The position numbers were made by a program, and so were the translations under genes. Shown one piece after another: positions 24,872 to 36,517 of a DNA stretch of 42,429 bases. Below the pieces are notes generated by a model. It ran no database searches. It saw nothing but the letters and a program-made list of their open reading frames with translations, and was not told the origin of the DNA. The number at the start of each line of letters is the position of its first letter. Positions within the stretch are counted from its first letter, which is position 1. Source of the stretch: Sphaeroforma arctica JP610 (lineage: Eukaryota); the NCBI RefSeq assembly GCF_001186125.1, contig NW_014040511.1, positions 1 through 42,429 on the forward strand. Direction: 5' to 3'.

Positions 24872-27800
24872 ACATGCTCATCGACGAGGGCGCTACCGTT
24901 AACTGATTTCTCTCGAAGAACTTGCCCACTAGTTGGCAGAAGATCATACGAGGATGAGGTATTCTGTTGGGCCTAGGGCTCACACGTCTTGATGCTTTCC
25001 TTCGACAGCTACTGACATATCAGATCCGTCTACAAGACCATAGACACAAACTCAGCCTTCTTCCTAAGCAACTAACATGCGAAATCTCTTACGGCACCCG
25101 CTCAAAACGTAGTCCTCACCTCAATGGTGGTTATCACGTATCATACGATACCTTTCGGTGACGCTTTACCGAGCTTCATCATTCACATCCATTGCATCCT
25201 CGGTAGCCTCCAACTCAAGCAAAACCCGGTTGCCATCGTCATATTCCTGTGGATACCAACCAACACACGCGTCCCTAAATCTATCTCTGTTCCCTCCCTG
25301 CCCTCTTCTGGCGCGGAATCAATCTGGCCCCCAACTGGCACGGACCCACTTCTGCTCTCTACTAGAACAAACCCTAATGTATCTACTAGCACAGATCCTG
25401 ATGCCTCTCCTATTATTCCCTCACATCCTACCCCTGTTGCTGTTCCTCAGACTACCACGAAGACTTATGATGAATACCGCCGCAATAATGGCTACCAACC
25501 GAGAGCCTACATTGCGTATGGTAGCAAATGATCGAATCACCTTGACACACCAGCCGCCTGTCATGGTCACAATGGAAGCATGGATGTTGAACACAGGTGA
25601 CTGGCTGCGAGCAAATGACATTTCTCGCATACAATCCAACAATTGACGTCTGTGCATCTGCATCTAACACTCAACTACCACGATTCGCAGGCTCGAAGCT
25701 GGTCTCGTCAACTGCTTCACAAAAGTCGATTATACGAACGAGCGTGTTTATGGTAGCCCTCGCTGGTCTCACATCAGCGACCTCCGATTGAACATTCGAC
25801 TAGGTACTATCATTACTGCCCTCTTTTTCTTTTCTCACCACGGACATTTTGACATAATTTTGAATTCCGAAATGTCTTTTCAGTTACCCCGAGGTCACCA
25901 GTATAGTGCTGAAGATCTGTTCTAAAAGTCTAATTTCGGAATAAAAAGATAAGAAGAAGAAAAAAAATCCGAACCTCGCTCCGCCCCCCGAATTTATTTT
26001 CAGGGGCTTCTAGTTTGCCCGGCGAAATGTCGATGCAGAATACATCAGCCCCCACCAATGTGCCTGGCACACAATTCCCTTTACCCGAGGACTGGGCAAA
26101 TATGCTCAAGTCTATCGCGACGCTCCACGACCTAGTAAAAACCTTACAAGAAAAAATCGTGGACCATGAATCCCGCCTCAGTACAGCGCCAAACAGCAAC
26201 CGCACTAATGCATTTAAATTTGGTGTGTGAGCTCACTTCAAGAACCAACAAATGATGGTACTGCGATAACCACACCGGCAAAACGCTTGCGCACCAATGA
26301 GCAGCGTAACATTGAAGTTGCCAGCTACGATTCCAAAGTAGCTAAATCCACAAAACCGACTCCCAAAACACGACCAACCCCTCCAGTACCAAAGGTAACA
26401 GCCCACCCAGCAGTTTCTGAAGCTCTTGTCTCACAAATGACGGGTCGCCAGCTGCCGGAAAATCCTCTAGGCAATTGACGGATATAACTCCTGTCGGGCT
26501 CTTTTTCAAAGCAGTATTTCCAAATGGCAAGCCTCCCTCACGCTATACCTTCGAAGAAGTGTGGTGCTCCCACTCTATTTGGATCGTCACCAGGAGAAGG
26601 CAGATCAACTGGAAGCACGTGATGCAAATATCGACATGGAAATAAACAATATAGAACTTGTTGAGAGGGTGCTTCAATCAAAGCGTGACAACCCCACAAC
26701 CCAGGACTCCGCACTCAACCCAACTGCCCCATCAGCGGTTTCCCGACTCTTGGACCGTTATGTACTTGTCAGAGGACGAACAATGTTAGGGCCTATGCGG
26801 ATGACGCTTCTTAATCCACGAGGTCTCAATATAGATACTCTGATGTAATCAGATTAGTGTTTGAATGTTATATCGATTTTGGATCAGGTTGATGTCATGT
26901 GTGTGGTTGAAACCTGGCATCATGTGACTCTACTAAATCATGTACGTTCTTCCACGAAGTATGATATCCTACATAGACCGTACATTCTTCACACTGTGGT
27001 ATTGTAATATTTTCCAAGCATCACCCATCGAAGTACCACCTCATCCATTTATCACCATATGCGGTTTTCTTCTCCTGCTTTGGTATTCGAGTGGCTGTAT
27101 TCTACCTCCCATTCAACTTAACAGAGGCAGAAGTGCACACTGGCAACTTCCAACCAGATGTCGTTTGGGGTGATTTCAATTTCAAAGCTAGACAGTATGG
27201 TCACACATCCACGATCAATGGGCCCCGCAAAAAGACGGTAGAGACCACTATTATCAGTGCCTGGCGCCTACAGTACCTTCATACGGAAGGATCTACCGGT
27301 ACAGGGCACGCGTTCTACAGGCGAACAACTGTAGCCTCTTTTCAAACATACCTTTTTGCGGATCATGGTATCTACGAGGACCACAAATTTGGTCTCGATC
27401 TTCAGGTGGTCCTAAATAAACCAATAATCCGTCTTCGGCGAGCGTCTCCGTCTCAATCACCCCCCTAGCACCAGAGTCTTCTATCCCACGGCTACAACCG
27501 GTGTTGCCACCGACTGAATCGTTTACACGACAAGACCCGCACCCTGTTGTTTCAAGCTGAGCTCCGTGAGCAAGCATCAACATCTGTTACGGTCATACCT
27601 GACAATACATGGACCGTCAAACGGATTGGAGCGCATACTCGATCGAATTGGTGAAACGTAGCGAACCCTGCCATTTCGGGATATCACTACTATGACACGT
27701 GGGTACAATGTTGCCCAGCACAACATCCGGATGTACAAGAATATCGCACATCAACGTTGATCACCGCGTCAGCCTTGTATACAGGGCGTCCAGGATTCGT

Positions 27801-28079
27801 GCGCTGTACTGAAGGATCACTACCAAGATTCCTTCAACTCAACTAATTCACACGTCATTCTCCCGGACACAGCACCAACACCTCCATCAAATGCAGTTAT
27901 TCACTCGGAGATTGTTTTGGAGGCAATGCTGCGCTATCCAAACAAGGGTCCTGGTCCAGATGGTATCCATATCCTTCTTCTTAAAGTCACACTAGAACGA
28001 TCCACTGAAACCCCGCGCCCTGACTCTGACAGTCCACTTATTAGCATCTTGACCGAGGCGTTCTCGGCTCTCTTAATGG

Positions 28080-28836
28080 TGTAAATTTCGGTCTCTTAAG
28101 GCGATATTAAAGTCTTAGAGCAGTTAAACGTAATAAAGTCTTCTAAAGCTCAAATGAAATTAAAGTAAAATAAACGTAATTAGTCTTTTAGTAAAGTTAG
28201 GTTTGCCTCGTGAAAACAGCAATACTCTGAGGGATTGTGAGGCTGAGACATTGCCTATATATAATCCTCTCAGTACTGTTTTCGCCGAAGGGATTTTATT
28301 TAGTGTTTTGTTGTCGCTCTATTTAGAAACTATGGTATGTTTTTTCGGGCGAATCCGAGAGACTCATAAAATCCTATCTTTAGAAAAAAAGTAAAAAAGA
28401 AAGAAAAATACTCTTGATGTCTCTAGTTAATATCTTAACCAACAACTAGCCACTTATCAAGAATTACCGACTAGCCTTCCTCAGACTGGCACATCTGGTT
28501 GGCTGAACGGAGGTTAAACTAGGTAACGCTAATAGTCCCTAGAAACCTATATTCGGTTGAGCCATCTCGCTACCGAAGTATTCAGTTATAAATAGATTTG
28601 GAAGTTAACATTTTTCTAGTCCAAATCATATCTTTAGCATTTTAATCGGGCCTTTTAATGGCCTTATCCAAATATCTGATATGTAAAATGGAAAAGGTAT
28701 TTAATTAGTGAAAACCGTTAAAAACAATTTTAGGAAACTTAAGTTCCTCGCACTATTAAGAGTACGTTTCTAGTTTACGTACTGCTTAAGAGTACGTTTA
28801 TAACATAGAGTCTAATGTGGAGGCCCGGCTATTACA
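28080..28836 (-). mobile_element. Solo LTR-B (757 bp) with 4-bp TSD ATGG inserted in the LINE RT
   Basis: TGTAA...TTACA termini; atgg at 28076-28079 and 28837-28840; removal restores AFSALLMVGTFPKALN; reverse complement of 38558-39281. Confidence 0.93.
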
Positions 28837-30329
28837 ATGGTTGGTACCTTCCCTAAAGCTCTTAACTATACTCTCTTGACAGGCCATCTGAAGATAGCAG
28901 GCACGGATATTGTATCTACTGCCGTTTTCCGACCGATGGCCTTAACGCAGATTGCTCAGCGCCTTTTTGAGAAGTGCTTCCTACAGCTGATAACAAATTA
29001 CCCTGGATCAACCGCCCATGCAACTCAAGCTGAATTCTTAATCACGCTACTCTTGTCATACTCATGCTCTAGCCGCGATGCCTGAAATGACAATGTGTAT
29101 TTTGATACCACTAAAGCATACGATAAAGTGGTCCTTCAGCTGTTGCGCCACACTGGAATGCCAGAAATCTGAATCGATTGTCTCCGTGCATTTTTCGAGA
29201 ATGTCTCCACACGGGTGGCGTATCGTGGAAAGCTTTCACCTCTATTTCATAGAACGAATGGCATGCTCCAAGGTTTGTTTGTCTGTACACATAGCCATTA
29301 CGCTTGCGCAATTCCGGCCAAAACTTCTTTGCTTCTACCTCTTTGTAGATGGCAAACGCATCCAGGCTCCGCAGTCTGTTCTGCTGCAACCCTTCCTAAA
29401 CGCGATCGATGAATAGGATCGTCAATCCGGTCTAGAACAAGGGGTTCTTCTGCATATCAAAGGGCATCTCAGCACGCTAACGCTAGTAGGCTTCCCAAAT
29501 GCGAACGCTCTCAACAGGCGCCTACTCGTCCCTCCCATGCCCATGGCGGCGGAACTCTCTGACATATGCCCGGGGCCTGACAAATACTTAGGTATCAATT
29601 GTTCCAGGGCATAGCCGGTATTCGACTTTGTAAAACACATAAACAACCTCGTGGCAGCATTACTCCAGGCTATAGTGTCCTTCCTGGCGTATGAGTTTCA
29701 TGGATTCAGCTTGAGCCATCCGCGAAATCGGTTGGAAATATTTAAGACATTCATTCTTTCAACGGCCACCTGTGGTCTAAACATCATTGCACTCTATCTA
29801 TTTAGTATGCCGCGTTAAAGCTGCTGTCCGAGCGATATAACTCAGAATTAATTTAAGCAGCAGCCATAATAACAGGCACTATATTTCCAAAACTCCCGTA
29901 CCAGCGCATACGGCTTCTTTGCTTCTGCCGTTTACTTCCAGCGCGCCAATTTGCGGAGTACTTTGGTGGCTGTCTGGGACTACACCTTGACTCGATCAAC
30001 AGTACAAACCCTTTCGCCCTACTTACGAGATCCTCTTGGATCCGTAACAGACCTCCGGACAAATTCCCGTTCAGTATTTACGCTTATCTAGAGTCAAAGG
30101 GCGGGTGCATACCTAAGCACAAAGAACTCGGTAAGCTCTACGACCAGATCCGTCACAATATCACTCAGCGTCTCACAACTAAGGAGATAGCAGGCAAGAC
30201 TCGCCATCAATACTAATATCGACTTATAAGGGGAGAACTTCCCATCACGAATCGGGACCAATCATCTCATGATAGCTTTACCCATTGCCGTGAACACACA
30301 ACAATCCGCCTTTGTGCCATGATAGGGAG

Positions 30330-31584
30330 GATAATATTATTTATTTCAAAAGAGATAAGTTACAAGTGGAGTTGACAAGGGGGCTCAATAGAGCATCCAT
30401 GCTGCGGGCAATAACTTTTGGCACTCGTTCATGTGTGCAGCGAGCCTCCCGCTTGGTACGAAGATAGTGGATTAAAGCTGCTTTCGTAGAGTCTGAATAA
30501 TGTTTGGAGCGTGGGTCCATAGTTTCATCAAACTGCCATTTCCACATAAGTGTTGCATGTCGTTTCACCTGGGCAACAGCGTCACTAGGAACACAAAGGC
30601 GGACGAAACTGGTGGAACTCCCGTGGCGATTTAGTTGCGAAATCGGGTTGGACGGGAGATACCAAAGGAAGTGATGGCGATTGAGGAGCGGTTGGGCGTG
30701 CCAGTAATTTTCAAATTCTGATTGGGATGGATGCTTGCCGTTTGGAAAAATTGCCCAAAAGAAGAGCCATACCGGAGTTACGTCATCCATTTCGTGGAGA
30801 ATTTTGTCCGGCATCGGGCGGCCCATCACTTTCGTCAAAAGGTGTGTGGGTACTGGCGGCTGCAGTAGGGGTTGAGAAGCTGGTGTGGTCGGACGTTTTT
30901 TGGGGCTCGGTTTTGCGGGTTTGTCCACTTTTGAGCAGTAGCTGGGAGGCTCACTGCTGCTATTGGGTGCTTTTGGTCGCGGTCTTTTTGCTGACGGGGC
31001 AGGCGGGCTTGTGGAGCCGATTCGGATGGTGTGGGGTGTGCCTTCATTTAGAGGTGCACAGGTTTGGATTTTAGGTCCCGGAGTTCGGATTCGAGGTTGT
31101 TCGTTTAGAGAGCATTTGATGCATGGTTGATTTCCATTGGGCGTCAGCTAAAGGCTTCTTGGAAATGGGCCCATCATTGTTCGGGTTTGGTAGAGCCGGT
31201 CCTGACTCCTGAGACACTCTCAGAACACCTTCCGGCTTTTGTTTGAGATTGGCCTGTAGAGTATTGACCTGGGCAGAGAGGTCTGTGATAGATTTTTGGA
31301 AGTCCAATTTCCATTGGTCATTGGGCAAGGAGTCCTGAGTGATGAACGTCTTAGTTGGGGGGTTGGCCTGGCCCAACATTTGTGGCTGTGGGTTCCAACT
31401 GGATTTTTTTATTTTGAAATAAAATAAAATCTACATTCCAGGTTTAGTATGTGACTTATTGGTGGGGTCTGTGGGTTTTTGAAATTGGGTAGTCAGTTTT
31501 ACACTGGTGACATGCGGGTCACCGAGATTTACGTTTCTGAGACGGAAATGTGCGTCAATTGTCCGTCGTGAAAAATAAATATGG
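30330..31584 (-). mobile_element. LINE copy B: internally deleted (5' UTR + most of ORF1 joined to the ~35-bp 3' terminus), inverted, TSD GGGAG
   Basis: gggag at 30325-30329 and 31585-31589; ORF1 pieces 31071-31379 and 30341-30928; reverse strand ends ttttgaaataaataatattatc like the other copies. Confidence 0.8.
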
Positions 31585-31649
31585 GGGAGTCAACCAACAC
31601 GTTCCTGTTCAAATTGCTTAACTATCGCACTGATGAATATTTCTATCCC

Positions 31650-34600
31650 AATCAGTATTTGAAAAATACTGGCATGCCCAACCAGCCCTCAATCGCCACC
31701 ACTTTCTCTGGTATATTCCGTCTAAATCGGTATCTCAACCAAATCGCCGCGGAAGCTCCACCAGTTTCATCCGCCTTTGTGTTCCTAGCGACTCTGTCGC
31801 CCAGGTGAAACGACATGCAGCACTTACGTCGACCCCCGCTCCCAATAACATCCCGACGCTACGAAAGCAGCTTTAATTCACTATCTCCGCACCAAGCGGG
31901 AGGCCCACTGCACACATGAACGAGCGCCAAAAATTCTTGCCCGCAGCATGGATGCACTACTGAGCCCACTTGTCAACTCCATTAACGCAGACATCTTCCA
32001 ATCTACCGCGGACCGTCTCCAGAAGGCTTACCAAGCAAAGTATGATGCAAACCTCTTCTCACTTAACCCGCGAATCCCGGTAAACGCTAAAGAATTAGCG
32101 CGTGCGGAACCCGGACGACTTCATATACTAACGGTCTCCCCGACACAATCATCCGACACGATGGATAGCAATACGCAGCCTCAGCTTTCCACGACGGATT
32201 CTTCGACGAAAGGCAATGATATAGAAATGGCTGACATTGTCAAAGAGGAAAGCCCAGTAGTATTGACCGATGATGAACAATGTTAGGACCAATGAGGATG
32301 ACGCTCTTCAACCCACAAGGACTCAACATGGACAACGCAGCACATACAGATAAGTGTTTGAACGTTATATCGATTTTAAGTCAGGTTGATGTTATGTGTG
32401 TGGTTGAAACCTGGCATAACACCACATTTCTTAATCATATACGCTCGAACACACGCTATCATATACTACATCACACTACACGGCATAATATCTTACACCC
32501 TTCACACTGTGGTATTGGTATCTTTTCCAAACACCACCCATCGAATTTTCAACTTGTACACTCTTCACCGTACGCGGTGTTCTTTGTGTGCTTTGGCGTT
32601 CATATGGCCGTGTTCTACTTTCCACTCAAATCGCTTACTGAAGAAGACGTCAGGCGATACATGAATCCCCCCGAGATTGGCGGTTTCCAACCAGATGTCG
32701 TGTGGGGAGATTTCAACTTCAAAGCCCGGAAGTATGGCCACGCATCTACAAATCACGGACTACGTATGAAAACGATTGAGACTACTCTGCGTAATACGTG
32801 GCACTTGGACTACCTCTATGCTGGCGGCTCAACTGGTACTGAACATGCGTATCATCGACCTACCACCCCTGCTTGCGTACCAACGACGGTCTCCGCGCCA
32901 ACCCTGCATACCGGGTACCGATGACACAGGCGCTACCCTCGCTGGCTACTTTGAGGCCCTATTCAACTCTACAAACCCGTACGTGGTTCCACCGGATACC
33001 GAACCCTCTCCTGATGTCACTTCCACCATACGCCCTGACGATGTATTGGAGGCAATACTACGCTATCCCAATAAGGGACCTGGCCCCGACGGGATCCACA
33101 TCCTCCTCCTGAAGGCCGCAGTGGAGCGCTCTACCGAACGCCGGACATTAGGACGCCCTGACGCCAATAGCCCACTGATTAGACTCCTGGCCAAAGCATT
33201 CACTGAGCTACTGAAGGCGGGTACCTTCCCCGCAGCCCTGAACTGCAGCCTCCTGACAGCGCACCCAAAGAAAGCCGATGCAGATATCACCTCCCCCGCC
33301 GACTTCCGCCCCATCACGCTTACGCAAATAGTCAGACGCATCTTTGAAAAGTGCTTTCTTAATCTGATTACGAGCCACCCTGGCTCTGCTACCCATGCTA
33401 CCCAGGCTGGCTTTAAATCACGGTACTCCTGTCATACCCAAGCACTTGCCGCCATGGAATCTGAGACACAGTCAGAAGAGGAGTGGAACGACGTCTGTCT
33501 GGACATAACCAAGGCATACGACAAGGTCGCTCTCCCACGCCTATGGGTACTTCTGCGTCACGCTGGAATGCCTGAAAACTGGATCAACTGCCTCCGCGCG
33601 CTGTTTGGGAGGGTCCCTACCCGAGTGACATACCGCGGCACGCTCTCGTCTCTATTCCATAGAACGAATGGTATCCTACAAGGCTCAATCGTCGGCCCCC
33701 AGCTCTTTATTATCTACATGGATTACTTAGCTGTCACGCTAGCACAATTTCGGCCCAAGCTCCTCCGCTCTTATTTTTTTGTCGATGACACACGGATCCA
33801 AGCCCCTCGATCGGTTTCGCTCCAGCCCTTCTTAGATGACATTGATGCGTGGGGTCGCAAATCTGGTCTCGAACAGGGTGTCATTAAACCCCGAGTACGA
33901 TCTACCGACTTGCGACACGCGGCGCCAACCCTCCGTATAAATGGTGAGCTTATCACGCCGACGCTTGCAGACGCAGCCACACATGCCGAACCGAAACACT
34001 CCAAATACCTGGGATTCCCACTCTCTCACGGAGTACCAGGAATCAACCTCGCTAGACATGTGGAATCCCTGGTTGCAGCATTGTCACTGGNNNNNNNNNN
34101 NNNNNNNNNNNNNNNNNNNNNNNNNNNNNNNNNNNNNNNNNNNNNNNNNNNNNNNNNNNNNNNNNNNNNNNNNNNNNNNNNNNNNNNNNNNNNNNNNNNN
34201 NNNNNNNNNNNNNNNNNNNNNNNNNNNNNNNNNNNNNNNNNNNNNNNNNNNNNNNNNNNNNNNNNNNNNNNNNNNNNNNNNNNNNNNNNNNNNNNNNNNN
34301 NNNNNNNNNNNNNNNNNNNNNNNNNNNNNNNNNNNNNNNNNNNNNNNNNNNNNNNNNNNNNNNNNNNNNNNNNNNNNNNNNNNNNNNNNNNNNNNNNNNN
34401 NNNNNNNNNNNNNNNNNNNNNNNNNNNNNNNNNNNNNNNNNNNNNNNNNNNNNNNNNNNNNNNNNNNNNNNNNNNNNNNNNNNNNNNNNNNNNNNNNNNN
34501 NNNNNNNNNNNNNNNNNNNNNNNNNNNNNNNNNNNNNNNNNNCACGCGGCGCCAACCCTCCGTATAAATGGTGAGCTTATCACGCCGACGCTTGCAGACG

Positions 34601-36517
34601 CAGCCACACATGCCGAACCGAAACACTCCAAATACCTGGGATTCCCACTCTCTCACGGAGTACCAGGAATCAACCTCGCTAGACATGTGGAATCCCTGGT
34701 TGCAGCATTGTCACTCGATGACACACGGATCCAAGCCCCTCGATCGGTTTCGCTCCAGCCCTTCTTAGATGACATTGATGCGTGGGGTCGCAAATCTGGT
34801 CTCGAACAGGGTGTCATTAAACCCCGAGTACGATCTACCGACTTGCGACACGCGGCGCCAACCCTCCGTATAAATGGTGAGCTTATCACGCCGACGCTTG
34901 CAGACGCAGCCACACATGCCGAACCGAAACACTCCAAATACCTGGGATTCCCACTCTCTCACGGAGTACCAGGAATCAACCTCGCTAGACATGTGGAATC
35001 CCTGGTTGCAGCATTGTCACTGGGTATCGTTTCTTTCCGTACTTATGGCTTCCATGGCTTCAGCTGGCGACACCCCGCAACCGACTGGTGATGTTCAAAA
35101 CATTCATCATATCCACGGCTACATATGGGCGGAACATTATTGCCTGGGCTCCGCCTATATGGAAGGATGCGTTGGACCCCCTATTCGAGCGCTTTAACTC
35201 AGCACTCATCTAAGAAGCAGCCATCATCACGGGCACTAAATACCCTCGGTTTCCCAAACATCAAACAAACTTACTTCGCTTTTTCGGCCTGCTCCCCGCG
35301 CGACCATTCGCGGACTACCTCGGAGGTTGCCTGGGAATACAACTCGACTCAATGGCCAGCACAAATCCACTTACCCCTCTGACGCAACCCGCCTGGGCCC
35401 ACGATAAACCATCACTGCGCTTCCCGTACAGTATCTATGCTCACCTAGAAACTGTACACAAAACCACGGGCGGGCGTACACCCGACCATGTAGCCCTCCG
35501 CCATTGCTGTGACGACATCAGGAAGAACTCAACAAACCGTTGGTCCAACAAGGAGATCGCGGCAATGGCCCGGCGCCAATACTACTACCAACTGGTTATG
35601 GGTAAACCGTCAACCTCAAACCGGTCACAGCCAGACACGAGAGCTTCAATCGCTGCTTCGAGTCTACACCAATCCGGCTCTGTGCTATGATTGTAACGAA
35701 TACGTACATGTTCACATTGCTCGACTACCGCACCGACGGCTGTCTCTGCCCTGTCTGCCCCGGTAGCCACAAGTTCACTACCAGCCACTTTACCTGTATC
35801 CAACAACTGATTCGACGCATCCTGGTAGGCCCGAAACTGCCGCCCATTGGCCCTGACCTCCTTCAGCAATTACAGGAGTACCACGACTTCCACGGTATCT
35901 GGACCCTCCACGAACACCTTGGATCTTTTCTCCAGCATGTTGAAGAACCACCGTACCCTCACCCGTCCCTGACACATCAACAAATGTTCCTTATACCCCG
36001 GCTAATCACGCTGTTGAAGTACTACTTCCAAATATCGGTTCAAACCAAATCATCGCGCTTGTTGGTTCCGACTGTGATACTTCCGATCCAGGACAGCCAA
36101 CACATACCGAATTCATCCGTGGTCTGGTGCGGCATTGGCTTACCCCCATCCTCGCTTCTCGACCGGATTATGACGGATAACCTGGTCCTTCTCGGTATTT
36201 CGTACTCTGCACTAACCCATTCCGCGGCACTACACGGCGCAGACCCGATCCGTACCACAGAGGTGGGTACTCTACTTAGTAGGTCAGCAAGCGAATATAT
36301 GGAACATTCGATAGTAACAGTGTTTTGTCAACACCGGCCCGAATTGACTCAGCATATATCTTCCATTGTCGACTCACTTGGCCCAAGCTTCAAACGGGAG
36401 TTTACTGACCACTTCTTCCCATCAATCTTTCCTGAACCACTACAGCGACTATGAGAGCCATACCATATGTTCATACATTGTATCATACATACTTGCCATT
36501 TTTGAAATAAATATTAT
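31650..36517 (+). mobile_element. LINE copy C, 5'-truncated in ORF1, flanked by TATCCC
   Basis: tatccc at 31644-31649 and 36518-36523; ORF1 3' part to 32286, ORF2 from 32280. Confidence 0.85.
32280..36454 (+). pseudogene. LINE ORF2: APE endonuclease - RT - CCHC-like finger - unrecognised C-terminal domain (frameshifted, gap inside)
   Basis: NPQGLN, DVMCVVETW, WGDFNFK; KGPGPDGI, DFRPITL, QAGF, LDITKAYDKV, GILQGSIVGPQLF, FFVDDT, KYLGF; CPVCPGSHKFTTSHFTC. Confidence 0.92.

Larger units (their letters stand above)
23571..25822 (+). mobile_element. Decayed gag(CCHC)-protease element, interrupted by LTR-A and then by LINE copy A
   Basis: TCFVCWKTTHHSSKC knuckle (~24320-24363); MLIDEGATVN from 24874; LGLGLTRL matches the 21-kb copy; the frame appears to resume after 37134. 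Confidence 0.65.

Noticed and set aside
34543..35022. Apparent triplication of the RT C-terminal segment in LINE ORF2
   Set aside because: The copies look identical to 33784-34089 and flank an N gap; most likely mis-assembly.
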